Assembly (NCBI GenBank): GCA_009783265.1
Contig: WRHM01000006.1
Span: forward strand, 61,232-125,231
Direction of reading: 5' to 3'
Length of the DNA stretch: 64,000 nt
Source: Oscillospiraceae bacterium
Lineage (GTDB): Bacteria > Bacillota > Clostridia > Oscillospirales > WRJC01
The position numbers and the translations under genes were made by a program. Positions within the stretch are counted from its first letter, which is position 1; every line of letters begins with the position of its first letter. Under the pieces are notes generated by a model. That model saw only the letters and a list, made by a program, of their open reading frames with translations, was not told where the DNA came from and ran no database searches. Of the stretch, positions 1-11,555 are shown one piece after another.

Positions 1-765
1 ATGAATATACTGCTTGGATTTATAATCATGTCAGTGATAGTATCGGGGGCAAAAGGCTTTTATTCAAATAAAATCAATCGGTTTGATGTAGACGCTACTT
101 CAAATATAAACGAGCACGCAGACGAACGCCTTATGGAAAGCGACGAGATACTTAAAGTAAACAATAAAAAAATAAATGTTTATAACGATTTATTATTTGC
201 TATAATACATGACGGAAAAGACCCGGTAAATATTACGGTTTTAAGAAACGGTGAAAAAATCGAGCTTAAAAATATAAAATTCCCGACCGGGACAGAAGAT
301 GGAATGATATTCGGAATTGTGGATTTTGAAACTCAGCCTTATCCGAAAACTTTTTCTTCGGTCGTTCATCAGGCTTTTTTTCAGTCGCTTTCGACTATAG
401 ATATGGTCTGGACTACGTTTTTTGATATGATTACGGGCAGATACGGTATGGAAGCCGTATCGGGGCCTGTCGGCGTAACGCAGACAATCGGCAATTCAGC
501 GAAAGAAGCTGTGGAGACTAAAGAAGGGGGCAGGGGGCTTTTGTTTTTGCTTGCGTTGATAACAATGAATCTGGGGGTTGTGAATTTATTGCCCTTACCC
601 GCGCTTGACGGAGGCAGAATAATATTTTTAATTATAGAATTTATAAGGGGAAAACCTATAAAACCTGAATACGAGGGATATGTGCATCTTGCCGGATTTG
701 CGTTATTGATGCTGTTTATGATTTTTATAACTTATAAAGATATTATGAAATTAATAGTGGGGTAG
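1..765 (+). CDS. rseP: RIP metalloprotease (M50 family), 5'-truncated by window edge
   Basis: NLGVVNLLPLPALDGG M50 motif, SGPVG motif, PDZ-like segment; directly upstream of ispG. Confidence 0.9.
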   Translation: MNILLGFIIMSVIVSGAKGFYSNKINRFDVDATSNINEHADERLMESDEILKVNNKKINVYNDLLFAIIHDGKDPVNITVLRNGEKIELKNIKFPTGTEDGMIFGIVDFETQPYPKTFSSVVHQAFFQSLSTIDMVWTTFFDMITGRYGMEAVSGPVGVTQTIGNSAKEAVETKEGGRGLLFLLALITMNLGVVNLLPLPALDGGRIIFLIIEFIRGKPIKPEYEGYVHLAGFALLMLFMIFITYKDIMKLIVG

Positions 766-776
766 AAAAAAATAAA

Positions 777-1871
777 ATGATACAACGGCGAAAAACAAAA
801 GAAATAAAAGTCGGCAATATAAAAATCGGCGGGGATAATAAAATATCTGTGCAGTCTATGATAAAAGCAAATCCCGATGATTTTGACAAATTAAAAAATC
901 AAATTGCGGCTTTGAAATATGCGGGCTGCGATATTGTAAGAATGGCGATAGTTAATTTGGAAAACGTAAAAATAATTTCTAAATTAAAAGAACTTGCCGC
1001 AACAGATAAAAATTATGATATTCCGTTAGTCGCAGATATTCATTTTAATTATAAATTAGCTATAGAATCGGCTTATGCCGGAATCGACAAAATCAGAATA
1101 AATCCCGGAAATATCGGCGGAGACGACAGGGTAAAATCAGTCGCCGATATATGCAGGACAAAAAAAATCCCGATAAGAATCGGGGTAAACGGCGGTTCTC
1201 TTGAATCTCAGATATTGGCAAAATACGGAGGCCCAACAGCCGCGGCTATCGCGGAAAGCGCGGTATATAATATAAAACTTCTTGAAAAATATGACTTTAA
1301 CGATATAATTATTTCTGTAAAATCATCGGACGTCGATAAAATGATAGAGTCTAATTTAATTTTAGCAGAAATGTGCTGTTATCCGTTACATATCGGAGTC
1401 ACGGAAGCAGGGACAAGCCATATAGGGCTTATAAAAAACTCTATCGGAATCGGAAGTCTGTTACAGAGAGGATTAGGGGATACGATAAGAGTATCTCTGA
1501 CAGGCGATCCGGTCATGGAAGTTTACGAGGGGATTTCTATTTTAAAATCCCTCGGTTTATATTATAAATCAATAGAGATTATATCGTGTCCCACATGCAG
1601 AAGATGCATGACTGATAATATATCAATCGCAAACGAAGTCGAGAAGCGGCTTATCCCGGTTGAGAAAAAAATCAAAGATAATATAAAAATAAAAATCGCG
1701 ATTATGGGCTGCGCGGTAAACGGCCCGGGAGAGGCAAAAGAAGCGGATATAGGCATTTCGGGAGGAAACGGCGAATTTTTATTTTTCAAATACGGAGAGC
1801 CGGTAAAAAAAATACCAGAAGAAAAAGCCGTTGATATATTAATTGAAGAAGTTGAAAAAATGATAATATAA
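777..1871 (+). CDS. ispG: 4-hydroxy-3-methylbut-2-en-1-yl diphosphate synthase
   Basis: PLVADIHF, KIRINPGN, RIGVNGGSL, GDTIRVSLT, SCPTC and MGCAVNGPGEA motifs. Confidence 0.97.
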   Translation: MIQRRKTKEIKVGNIKIGGDNKISVQSMIKANPDDFDKLKNQIAALKYAGCDIVRMAIVNLENVKIISKLKELAATDKNYDIPLVADIHFNYKLAIESAYAGIDKIRINPGNIGGDDRVKSVADICRTKKIPIRIGVNGGSLESQILAKYGGPTAAAIAESAVYNIKLLEKYDFNDIIISVKSSDVDKMIESNLILAEMCCYPLHIGVTEAGTSHIGLIKNSIGIGSLLQRGLGDTIRVSLTGDPVMEVYEGISILKSLGLYYKSIEIISCPTCRRCMTDNISIANEVEKRLIPVEKKIKDNIKIKIAIMGCAVNGPGEAKEADIGISGGNGEFLFFKYGEPVKKIPEEKAVDILIEEVEKMII

Positions 1872-1894
1872 ATAATAAAACGGAGGATTGCAAA

Positions 1895-4800
1895 TTGTCT
1901 GGAATTGCGAAAAACAATATTGAAATAAAAGAAAAGAAAATCTTTTTTGATATATTTAACAAATATTCTCCGTCGGAAATGGAAAAAAATATATTAAATA
2001 ACGCGTCTGACATAAAAATTTTGGCAAACAGGGACGAAAGGGAAATAGACGTTTATTTAAGTTTTGAAAATCTTGTCGAAAAAGATTTTTTACATAACAT
2101 AGAAAAAAAATTATGCGAAGTATATAATTTAAACCAGATGTCTTTTAAGCCGAAATATAAAAAAGAATTGTTTTGCGAAGAATATTTTAATCAGATAATA
2201 ATCGAAGCAAAAAGAATAACGGCAAACGCTTGGTTTCTGAAAGACAGCGAAATAAAAACAAATATTGACGATATAAATATAAATAAAATTAAAATATATT
2301 TGGCCCACGGAGGCAAAAATTATTTAGAAGAAACGTCTAAATTTATTAATTTATTAAAAAAAATAATCGCTGATGAATTTGATTTTACCGCCGAAATAGA
2401 ACTCGGCGGAATTGTCGCGCTGTATAAAAACGACAGTCAGGACAAAAAAAATATAAAAGAAGTTTTGGGAAAAATAGAAGAAGATTTAACAGATGAGTTA
2501 AAAGAAAAAAAGGCGACAAAAAAAATAATCAGAGAAATAAAAAAGCGCGAGATTCAAAATGAAAAAAATATTAAAATATATAACAAGACAAATAAACTGA
2601 TAGATCTTGATCTGAAAACCGAAAACGAAAATGAAACCGGCGCTGTTGTTTACGACGAAGAAAATAAAATTTTAAAAACAGGATATTTAACAACAAATTT
2701 TGAAATAAAATCTCCTGTTTTTTCAAAAATTGCGGAAAACGCGGAATCAGAAGAAGTTATTACGCCGGATGATATTATTCCCATCAGTAAAATCGACGGG
2801 GATTTTATTTATAATTCTGAAAAAGGGAGCGTCAGCAATTTTGTTATAATATGCGGAAAAATATTTTCTATTGACAGCAAAGAAATCCGCAGGTTTAATA
2901 AAACAAGTTTAAATATAAAAATTACGGATTACTGTTCGTCTATATCTGTTAAATTTATAGATAAAGACGAGATTGTATCTGAGCTGTTAAAAAAAATAGA
3001 CAAAGACGACTGCGTTATAATTTCAGGCGAAACTGCGTTCAGCGACTTTGACGACGAAATAGTAATAAATCTTGAATCTATGATAAAAACAAAAGAAATC
3101 ATAAATATTGACACAGCCGAAAAAAAGAGGGTAGAGCTTCATTTGCATACTACTATGTCAAATATGGACGCGACTATAAAACCGGACGAGATTATAAAAC
3201 ACGCGTATAAAACAGGCCATACCGCAGTCGTTATAACAGACCACGGAAATGTTCAGGGATTCCCCGAAGCGATGATCGAAAAAGAAAAGCTAAAACTCAA
3301 AGAAGGCGAAAAATTTAAAGTTATATACGGAATCGAAGGATATTTATTAGACGATACAGATAATTCTGTATTCGGAAAAATAAACGCCAGATTCGGGAAA
3401 GATACGTTTGTTATATTTGATATAGAAACAACCGGGCTTTCGCCGTCTAACTGCGGTATAACAGAAATTGGGGCAGTTAAAATAAAAGAAGGGGAGATTA
3501 CAGAAGAATTTAATACTTTTGTCAATCCCGGAATGCCGATCCCGGCAAGAATTACGGAACTCACAGGAATATCTGACGAAACGGTAAAAGACGCTCCAAA
3601 AATAAAAGAGGCGTTAAAGAAATTTTTTGATTTTATCGGAAATGATATGCTTGTCGCGCATAACGCGACTTTTGACATAGGGTTTATAAAAAAATATGCG
3701 GCTGTATGCAGATATAAATTTACGAACCCGTATATTGATACTCTCGCAATGTCGAGAAATATAAACAGAAATTTAAAAAACCACAGGCTTGAAACTCTGG
3801 TGGATTTTTATAAAATCGAGGATTTCGTGCATCACAGGGCATGCGACGACGCGCGCGCGCTTGCGATAATTTTCATGAACATGACAGAGCAGTTAAAATC
3901 TTTCGGCGTTTTAACAGTATTTGAAATGAACGAAATGGCGAATCCATTGACAAAACAAACTTATCATATAATTATTCTCGTAAAAAATAAAACAGGACTT
4001 AAAAATTTATATAAAATTGTTTCTGAAAGCTATCTGGATTATTTTTATAAAAGGGCGAGAATCCCAAAATCTGTTCTTGAGCATTACAGGGAAGGTTTAA
4101 TAATAGGGTCAGCTTGTGAAGCCGGCGAATTATTCACGGCAGCCGTAGAAGGCAAAAATGACGAAGAATTAAAGAAAATCGCGGATTTTTACGATTATCT
4201 TGAAGTACAGCCCATAGGCAATAATATGTTTCTCGTAAACGACGGCACTGTTCCAAACGAAGAAACTCTAAAAAAATATAATATAAAAATTATAGAACTC
4301 GGAGAAAAATTAAATAAACCCGTAGCCGCTACGGGAGACGTTCACTTCTTGCGCAAATACGATGAAATATCGCGCAAGATTTTACTCACGGGCATGAAGT
4401 TTTCAGACGCTGACAGGCATATTCCGTTGTATTACAGAACTACTAATGAAATGCTCGATGAATTTGATTATATTTCAAAAGAAAAAGCTTATGAGATCGT
4501 AGTCGAAAATACAAATAAAATCGCGGATATGATAGAAGAGACGCGGCCTATACCGTTAGGTTATTATACGCCTAAAATGGACGGCGCAGAAGAACGCCTG
4601 CGGGAAATCTGTTATAAAAAAGTTTATGAAATATATAAAAACCCTGTTCCGGAAATAGTTGCGACAAGGCTCGACAGAGAGTTATCGGCAATTATAAAAA
4701 ACGGGTTCGCGGTTTTATATGTCATGGCGGTCGATTTGGTTTTAAAAAGCGAAGAACAGGGGTATCTTGTAGGCTCCAGAGGATCGGTCGGCTCTTCGTT

Positions 4801-6448
4801 TGTGGCGACTTTGACGGGAATAACCGAAGTTAATCCGTTGCCTCCGCATTATTATTGCAAAAATAAAAACTGCGCATATTCTGAGTTTATAATTGACGGG
4901 TCATACGGCTCAGGTTATGATTTACCTGAAAAAAACTGTCCGGATTGCGGCGAAAAATTAGCGCAGGAAGGACAGGATATACCGTTTGAGACTTTTTTGG
5001 GGTTTAACGGCGAAAAAGCGCCTGATATAGATTTGAATTTTTCAGGAGATATTCAGTCGCTTATTCATAAATATACAGAAATTTTATACGGTCAGGAAAA
5101 TGTTTTCAGAGCGGGAACAATCGGGACGCTCGGCGACAAAACAGCTTTCGGTTTTGTGAAAAATTATCTCGACGAGAAAAATATAAATTTAAACAAAGCC
5201 CATACGGACTGGCTCGTTTCGCAATGCGTCGGAATAAAAAGAACGACGGGTCAGCATCCCGGCGGAATCGTCGTAATGCCGAGGGAGTATGATATATATG
5301 ATTTTACTCCAGTTCAGCATCCTGCCGACGATATAAAATCCGGGGTCGTCACTACGCATTTCGCTTTTGAGTTTATGCATGATACTATCTCAAAGCTTGA
5401 TTTGCTTGGGCATGACGTTCCCACAAAATATAAAATTTTAAAAGACATGACCGGAATCGATGTAAGAGATTTGCCGATGAATGATAAAAACGTTATGGAA
5501 CTGTTTCTCTCGACAAAATCAATCGGGGTAAACCCCAAAGATATATATAACGACTTGGGAACTTTCGGGATACCCGAAGTGGGGACAAAATTCGTAAGGC
5601 AAATGATAATTGAAACAAAACCCAAAACTTTTGCGGATTTACTGCAAATTTCGGGAATTTCCCACGGGAGGGGCATTTGGCTCGGCAACGCACAGGAACT
5701 TATAAAAAATAATATTTGCACGCTCTCGGAAGTTATAGGCATACGCGATAATATTATGCTTTATCTGATGCACAAAGGCTTAGATTCAAGCACTGCGTTT
5801 GCCATAACAGAAAGCGTGCGCAAAGGCAAAGGATTAAAACCGGACTGGGAAAAAATAATGCTTGAGCATAGTGTCCCCGATTGGTATATAAGCTCATGCA
5901 AAAAAATCGAATATATGTTTCCCAAAGCTCACGCTTCGGCGTATATGATAGCGGCAATGCGCCTCGGCTGGTTTAAAATTTACAGGCCGCTGGAATTTTA
6001 CGCTTCTTATTTTTCAGTACAGCCCGAAGGTCTTGACGCAGAGCTTGTTTTATCGGGAATAGATTCAATCAGGCGTTATATCGAAGAAATAGACAAAAAA
6101 GGCATAGAAGCCACACAAAAAGAAAACGATGTGATGACTGCTATGCTTTTAGTTCTTGAAATGTACGCCCGAAATTTAAGATTTTTACCGGTCGATATAT
6201 ATAAATCCGCAGCTTTTGAATATAAAATAGAAGACGGAAAAATCCGTCTGCCGTTTTCGTCGTTAAACGGATTAGGCGCGATTGCGGCTGAAAATATAGC
6301 CGCAGTCAGGGATAATCTAAACGGTAAAATATTTACTGTAGAAGATATACAGAAAAAAGCTAAATTAACAAAAACAGTTATTAGCGTTCTCAAACGCAAT
6401 AAAGTCTTTAGCGATATACTCGAAACCGATCAGATTTCGTTATTTTAA
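1895..6448 (+). CDS. polC: DNA polymerase III PolC-type alpha subunit
   Basis: PHP (RVELHLHT..ITDHG), exonuclease (FDIETTG, VAHNATFD), GSRGSVGSS, PDIDLNFSG, RTTGQHPGG, YMFPKAHA, QISLF clamp-binding C-terminus; TTG start after GGAGG. Confidence 0.97.
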   Translation: MSGIAKNNIEIKEKKIFFDIFNKYSPSEMEKNILNNASDIKILANRDEREIDVYLSFENLVEKDFLHNIEKKLCEVYNLNQMSFKPKYKKELFCEEYFNQIIIEAKRITANAWFLKDSEIKTNIDDININKIKIYLAHGGKNYLEETSKFINLLKKIIADEFDFTAEIELGGIVALYKNDSQDKKNIKEVLGKIEEDLTDELKEKKATKKIIREIKKREIQNEKNIKIYNKTNKLIDLDLKTENENETGAVVYDEENKILKTGYLTTNFEIKSPVFSKIAENAESEEVITPDDIIPISKIDGDFIYNSEKGSVSNFVIICGKIFSIDSKEIRRFNKTSLNIKITDYCSSISVKFIDKDEIVSELLKKIDKDDCVIISGETAFSDFDDEIVINLESMIKTKEIINIDTAEKKRVELHLHTTMSNMDATIKPDEIIKHAYKTGHTAVVITDHGNVQGFPEAMIEKEKLKLKEGEKFKVIYGIEGYLLDDTDNSVFGKINARFGKDTFVIFDIETTGLSPSNCGITEIGAVKIKEGEITEEFNTFVNPGMPIPARITELTGISDETVKDAPKIKEALKKFFDFIGNDMLVAHNATFDIGFIKKYAAVCRYKFTNPYIDTLAMSRNINRNLKNHRLETLVDFYKIEDFVHHRACDDARALAIIFMNMTEQLKSFGVLTVFEMNEMANPLTKQTYHIIILVKNKTGLKNLYKIVSESYLDYFYKRARIPKSVLEHYREGLIIGSACEAGELFTAAVEGKNDEELKKIADFYDYLEVQPIGNNMFLVNDGTVPNEETLKKYNIKIIELGEKLNKPVAATGDVHFLRKYDEISRKILLTGMKFSDADRHIPLYYRTTNEMLDEFDYISKEKAYEIVVENTNKIADMIEETRPIPLGYYTPKMDGAEERLREICYKKVYEIYKNPVPEIVATRLDRELSAIIKNGFAVLYVMAVDLVLKSEEQGYLVGSRGSVGSSFVATLTGITEVNPLPPHYYCKNKNCAYSEFIIDGSYGSGYDLPEKNCPDCGEKLAQEGQDIPFETFLGFNGEKAPDIDLNFSGDIQSLIHKYTEILYGQENVFRAGTIGTLGDKTAFGFVKNYLDEKNINLNKAHTDWLVSQCVGIKRTTGQHPGGIVVMPREYDIYDFTPVQHPADDIKSGVVTTHFAFEFMHDTISKLDLLGHDVPTKYKILKDMTGIDVRDLPMNDKNVMELFLSTKSIGVNPKDIYNDLGTFGIPEVGTKFVRQMIIETKPKTFADLLQISGISHGRGIWLGNAQELIKNNICTLSEVIGIRDNIMLYLMHKGLDSSTAFAITESVRKGKGLKPDWEKIMLEHSVPDWYISSCKKIEYMFPKAHASAYMIAAMRLGWFKIYRPLEFYASYFSVQPEGLDAELVLSGIDSIRRYIEEIDKKGIEATQKENDVMTAMLLVLEMYARNLRFLPVDIYKSAAFEYKIEDGKIRLPFSSLNGLGAIAAENIAAVRDNLNGKIFTVEDIQKKAKLTKTVISVLKRNKVFSDILETDQISLF

Positions 6449-6453
6449 TATAT

Positions 6454-7170
6454 TTAACGCATTTCATGCAATCCGTAAGCTTCGTTTACGTCCATTACAA
6501 ATAATATGCCGTTTCCGGGCTCGTCGATTTTCAAATCGGTTTTTATCGATTCAACGATATTGTCCTTTAATTCAGTTTTTGTTATTATAAAAACTTCTTC
6601 TTTTTCAGGCTCGATTTCTATTGAAAATACTTTCTGGACTTCATGTATACCTGCGCCTCTCCCGTTGATAATCGTGCCGCCTCTCGCTCCGGCTTTATTT
6701 GCGGCGTCGATTACATATTCCGCTTGACCTTTATCAACTACTACGTAAATAATTTTATACATTCTATCTTTCACCTCATTGATTCCAAGTTTTTTTTCGG
6801 ATTTTTCAATTATATCAGTTATAAAATTAATATCATTCATATTAATTTTATTGATTTCATCAATTATATTCTTTTTTCCGGTAAATTCGGACACGGAAAG
6901 TGAAAACGCGATACCATGCTGAGGTTTGTGAAATTCCATTTCTTCACTTATGCCTTTTATCGCTTCGGCGGCTAATTCTTTTTCAATTATCATGATAACG
7001 ATTTCTTTTCGGATTTCGTAAATACCCAAAAAGTCTAATAATTTATTATTTACAGTTCCTCTGCCTATAAACATGACTGCGCCTTTTATCCCGTGCTTTT
7101 TTGCAACTTTTGAAACTTTGGACGCAACGCCGAAGTTTACAACGCAACATATTAATTCAAATCCGGCCAT
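6454..7170 (-). CDS. Tandem P-II-like signalling protein (two domains)
   Basis: Two P-II-like repeats (GAVMFIGRGT..KEIV..HGIAFSLSV; GARGGTIINGRG..PEKE..PGNGILFVMDV). Confidence 0.8.
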   Translation of the reverse strand: MAGFELICCVVNFGVASKVSKVAKKHGIKGAVMFIGRGTVNNKLLDFLGIYEIRKEIVIMIIEKELAAEAIKGISEEMEFHKPQHGIAFSLSVSEFTGKKNIIDEINKINMNDINFITDIIEKSEKKLGINEVKDRMYKIIYVVVDKGQAEYVIDAANKAGARGGTIINGRGAGIHEVQKVFSIEIEPEKEEVFIITKTELKDNIVESIKTDLKIDEPGNGILFVMDVNEAYGLHEMR

Positions 7171-7180
7171 ATCGTGTTTT

Positions 7181-8659
7181 TCATACCTCGCTCTTTCTTG
7201 ATTTTATTTTATAAATTAAACCTAAAACCTGTAACGCTATGAGGGGAGTCATTGCGACCATAGCAATAACGCCGAAAGAATCAGTTAGTATATTAGAATG
7301 TTCTATAGCATCGGACGCGCCCTGCGCGAAAGCCAATATAAACGTAGCCGTCATTGGCCCGGACGCCACGCCTCCTGAATCAAACGCAATGCCGATAAAA
7401 ATTTTCGGAACAAAAAATGTCAGCAACAGTGAAATAAAAAATCCGGGAAGGATATAATGCCATAACTTGATTCCGGGAACTACTATTCTGAGCATTGATA
7501 ATCCTACAGCAAATGCCACTCCTATAGATAAAGTGGCTAAAACGGTTTTTCTTTTGATATATCCGCTCGTTACGCTCTCGATTTGCTGTGTTAAAACATA
7601 TACGGCGGGTTCTGTAAGTATAACTAACATTCCAAGTAAAAACCCTGTTCCTACAAGAATCGCTTTGTTTTCATACATCGCGAGGCTATTCCCGATAAGA
7701 TTGCCTACATTCATAAATCCCGCGTTTACGCCTACCAAAAAAATAATCAGCCCGATATATGTGTATATAAACCCTAAAACCATTTTGAAAAAAGCCCGCG
7801 GGTGAACTTTAAAGATTATTTTTTGAAATAATACGAGTATTAACACCATAGGCAGCAAGGCTACAAACGAATCTACTGCTATTTTGGGTATTTCTGTAAT
7901 AAAAGATTCTAATAACGAACCTGTTCCGGCACCAGGAAGCGGTAATTCGCCTGCTATATTATCAGTTTTTATAAAAAAATTTAAAATCAATACGCCGAGG
8001 ATAGCTCCCGTTGACATTATTCCAACCAATCCGAAACTATCTTCTTCCGAAGACTTGCTGTTTTTTTTCATGGCTGATACACCGACGGACAAAGCTAATA
8101 CAAGAGGAACCGTGAGAGCTCCGGTCGTTGCCCCTGAAGCGTCAAATCCTATTGCCATCATATCCGAAGATGAAAAAACCGCAAGCACGGCTATTATACC
8201 ATAAATTATAATAAATATTATATTTAAAGAAAAATTTTTAACAATTCTCGTTATTCCCAAAGCCAGCATAACTCCCGTTCCGATTGAAACGGCAATAAGT
8301 ATGACTATAGTAGAAATATAACCTCCCATGACCGAAGATACCTGAGCTGCAAGAACCTGTAAATCAGGTTCGGCAATATTTACGAAAAATCCAAGGAGAA
8401 ACCCGATTATAATAACAAACCACAATGTGTTTGACTTGAGAAATGCCGTTCCCATGTGATTGCCGAACGGCAAGATGCCGATTTCGATACCAAACAATAA
8501 TATAGACAACCCTAAAATTATGGCTATTGCCCCGATAATAAATTGAATTAAAAATGCTCCCGGTAAATGCACTAAAGTAAAATTAAGAATAAGAACAATA
8601 ATTACTATCGGTGAAACGGCAGACAAAACTTCTTTTAATTTGCTCAATAAAACATTCAA
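7181..8659 (-). CDS. DUF1538-type membrane protein, two domains
   Basis: Repeated AEPDL/TEPAV, FDASGATTGALT/FDSGGVASGPMT and DSFG motifs; highly hydrophobic. Confidence 0.85.
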   Translation of the reverse strand: MNVLLSKLKEVLSAVSPIVIIVLILNFTLVHLPGAFLIQFIIGAIAIILGLSILLFGIEIGILPFGNHMGTAFLKSNTLWFVIIIGFLLGFFVNIAEPDLQVLAAQVSSVMGGYISTIVILIAVSIGTGVMLALGITRIVKNFSLNIIFIIIYGIIAVLAVFSSSDMMAIGFDASGATTGALTVPLVLALSVGVSAMKKNSKSSEEDSFGLVGIMSTGAILGVLILNFFIKTDNIAGELPLPGAGTGSLLESFITEIPKIAVDSFVALLPMVLILVLFQKIIFKVHPRAFFKMVLGFIYTYIGLIIFLVGVNAGFMNVGNLIGNSLAMYENKAILVGTGFLLGMLVILTEPAVYVLTQQIESVTSGYIKRKTVLATLSIGVAFAVGLSMLRIVVPGIKLWHYILPGFFISLLLTFFVPKIFIGIAFDSGGVASGPMTATFILAFAQGASDAIEHSNILTDSFGVIAMVAMTPLIALQVLGLIYKIKSRKSEV

Positions 8660-8714
8660 ATATCTAAATCCCCTTTCTTGATCTTAATTATTTTGCTATT
8701 TTGTTATTTTATTA

Positions 8715-9479
8715 TCAAAGCATTACAGTTCCGCCGCATACAGGAATACATACGCCCGAAACAAAAGACGAAAGCTCTGACGCTAAAAATAAAACGGCAT
8801 TTGCGATTTCCTGATCGGTTCCTCTGCGGTTAAGCGGCACGTTTTTTGAATATTTCGGCGCGATTTCTGTTTGATTTATCCTGTCTCTGTCACTGATTGT
8901 CCAGCCCGGCGCGACTTGATTTACGGTTATATTATATTTTCCGACTTCTTTTGCGAGAGTTTTATATAACCCGTCCATACCTCTTTTTGCCGAAGCATAA
9001 GCTGAAGAATTTGCGTTGCACAAATACGAACACTCTGTATTTATGCCAATAAAACGCCCGCCGTTTTTTTCTTTCGCCATCATTGCCGGGATAAACGCTT
9101 TCGCCATAAGCACGTTATGCTTTACGCAGGAATCAAACTGCGACTGGAAATCTTTTAAATCCTGTTCCAAAACCGATACCCAGTTATACTGTATAACCGC
9201 ATTGTTTACGACAATATCGGGATCGCCGAGGTCTTTTTTTATTTTATCCCGCATTAAATATACAGAATTTTCGTCGGTTATGTCGGCTTGGACTGCAATC
9301 GCCCTAACAGAATATAAATCTATAATTTGTTTAACTAATTCTTCAGCTTTTTCTTTGCTTTTAAAATAATGCACGGCGATGTCGGCGCCGCATGAAGCGA
9401 GAGTTTTTATTATTACTCTGCCGAGTTGCCCCGTTGCTCCCGTAACGATTGCAATTTTCTTTTTTAAACTTATTTCCAT
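8715..9479 (-). CDS. Short-chain dehydrogenase/reductase
   Basis: TGATGQLG, VNNA, YASAK catalytic motif, VNQVAPG. Confidence 0.9.
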   Translation of the reverse strand: MEISLKKKIAIVTGATGQLGRVIIKTLASCGADIAVHYFKSKEKAEELVKQIIDLYSVRAIAVQADITDENSVYLMRDKIKKDLGDPDIVVNNAVIQYNWVSVLEQDLKDFQSQFDSCVKHNVLMAKAFIPAMMAKEKNGGRFIGINTECSYLCNANSSAYASAKRGMDGLYKTLAKEVGKYNITVNQVAPGWTISDRDRINQTEIAPKYSKNVPLNRRGTDQEIANAVLFLASELSSFVSGVCIPVCGGTVML

Positions 9480-9682
9480 AAAAATTTATTTCCTTTAATG
9501 TTATTTAATTTTATATTATATATTTCTGATTATATTAAAACGTAAATTTGTGAGGATGCCGTTTGAAAATTAAAATAACGTATATTAGTTAGCAAGTTTA
9601 TTACGCCGGAATTATATCGTTTGAATAAAAAATCCAACAAAACTTTCGCACAGAACTCTCTCTATATAAGAAGAGGTATGTT

Positions 9683-9753
9683 TTTAGAGAGGGGAAAGCG
9701 TTCCCCTCTTTAAATTTCTTTTTTGGTACTTTTTGCGAAATTACAAAAAGTAC
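9683..9753. repeat. Double-hairpin intergenic element
   Basis: TTTAGAGAGGGGAA-agcg-TTCCCCTCTTTAAA (9683-9714) then GTACTTTTTG-N8-CAAAAAGTAC (9726-9753), in the divergent SDR/araB gap. Confidence 0.5.
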
Positions 9754-9908
9754 ATAATATTTATATATTTATTATTATATATTATAAACTATAAATTTTA
9801 TTGTTTTATGAATTATAAAAAAATTAATATAAAATATCTTGCTATAATTTTTTGTATATGCTATAATTTTAATAATTTATAATATGGAAACGAGGTTGAG
9901 TTTATTAT

Positions 9909-11555
9909 ATGTCGAAATATTCAATAGGCGTAGATTTCGGAACACTTTCAGCGCGCGCACTTATTGTAGATATTGCAACCGGAAAAGAAATCGCAACAGC
10001 GGCAAATAATTATAAACACGCAGTCATAGATGAAACAATGGTATATTCAAGTAAAAAACTTCCGCCTGATTTTGCTTTGCAACATCCGCAGGATTATATT
10101 GATTCGCTTGAATCAGTCGTGAAAAAAGTTTTGGATGAATCAAAAATTGAGCCGTCTGATATAATCGGCCTTGGCATAGATTTTACGGCATGTACTGTTT
10201 TACCCGTTTATAAAGACGGCTCGCCGTTATGCTTTTCTGAAAAACACAAAGAAAATCCGCATGCTTATATTAAACTCTGGAAACATCACGCCGCGCAGAA
10301 ATATGCCACTCTTATAAACGAAACCGCCGAAAAAATGGGTGAAACATGGCTTAAAAGATACGGCGGGAAAATATCGAGCGAATGGCTTTTCGCGAAAATA
10401 TTGCAGGTTCTTGAGGAAGCGCCGGAAATATATAACGAAGCAGATTATTTTATCGAAGCGGCAGACTGGGTGATTTGGCAGCTTACCGGAGTTCAGACGC
10501 GCAATTCATGTACTGCCGGATATAAAGCGATGTGGCATAAACGCGACGGTTACCCGACAAAAGAATTTTTTAAATCGCTTAATCCTAAATTTGAAAACGT
10601 TGTCGAAGATAAATTAAACTGCCCGGTAATATCTCTCGGAACAAAAGCCGGGGAGATAACAAAAAAGGCGGCGGATTTATTAGGATTAAAAGAAAAAACG
10701 GCAGTTGCGGTCGGCAATGTTGACGCTCATGTAACATTCCCGGCTGTAGGATTATCTCAGGAAGGCGACATGCTCGCAATTATGGGTACTTCAAGCTGTC
10801 ACATGCTTTTAGGTAAAACAGAAATGATTGTGCCGGGCATGTGCGGAGTTGTCGAGGACGGCATACTGCCGGGCTTTTTCGGATACGAAGCCGGCCAGTC
10901 ATGCGTTGGCGATCATTTTGCTTGGTTCGTAGATAATTTTGTCGGAGATATTGGCGAAAATAAAAATAAATTTGAGTATATTGCAGAGAAATCAAGCAAA
11001 TTAAAACCGGGAGAATCAGGGCTTATCGCGCTTGATTGGTGGAACGGCAACAGGTCTGTTTTAGTCGATATAGATTTAACGGGATTGTTTATCGGCATGA
11101 CGCTTTTAACTAAACCTGAAGAAATGTTCAGGGCGTTGGTTGAAGCGACGGCTTATGGCACAAGAATGATAGTCGAGACATTTAAAGAAAATAATATAGA
11201 CGTAAAAAGATTTTTTGCCGCCGGAGGAATCGCGGAAAAAGACCCGTTTACGATGCAGATTTATTCTGATGTTATAAATATGCCTATAAAAATAGCGGGT
11301 TCGGCGCAGGCTCCGGCATTAGGTTCGGCGATATTCGGAGCGGTCGCTGCAGGCAGTAAAAACGGCGGATATGACACGATAGACGAAGCGTCGCAAGTAA
11401 TGAGTTCGTTGTCTGACAGGATTTATACGCCAAATCCCGAAAACGTAAAAATTTACGATAAGCTCTACGCCGAATATAAGATTTTACACGATTATTTCGG
11501 CAGAGCTTGCAATGATGTTATGAAAAGATTGAAAGAGATCAAGGCAAATGTGTGA
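9909..11555 (+). CDS. araB: Ribulokinase (FGGY family)
   Basis: [58 protein letters not shown]. Confidence 0.92.
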   Translation: MSKYSIGVDFGTLSARALIVDIATGKEIATAANNYKHAVIDETMVYSSKKLPPDFALQHPQDYIDSLESVVKKVLDESKIEPSDIIGLGIDFTACTVLPVYKDGSPLCFSEKHKENPHAYIKLWKHHAAQKYATLINETAEKMGETWLKRYGGKISSEWLFAKILQVLEEAPEIYNEADYFIEAADWVIWQLTGVQTRNSCTAGYKAMWHKRDGYPTKEFFKSLNPKFENVVEDKLNCPVISLGTKAGEITKKAADLLGLKEKTAVAVGNVDAHVTFPAVGLSQEGDMLAIMGTSSCHMLLGKTEMIVPGMCGVVEDGILPGFFGYEAGQSCVGDHFAWFVDNFVGDIGENKNKFEYIAEKSSKLKPGESGLIALDWWNGNRSVLVDIDLTGLFIGMTLLTKPEEMFRALVEATAYGTRMIVETFKENNIDVKRFFAAGGIAEKDPFTMQIYSDVINMPIKIAGSAQAPALGSAIFGAVAAGSKNGGYDTIDEASQVMSSLSDRIYTPNPENVKIYDKLYAEYKILHDYFGRACNDVMKRLKEIKANV

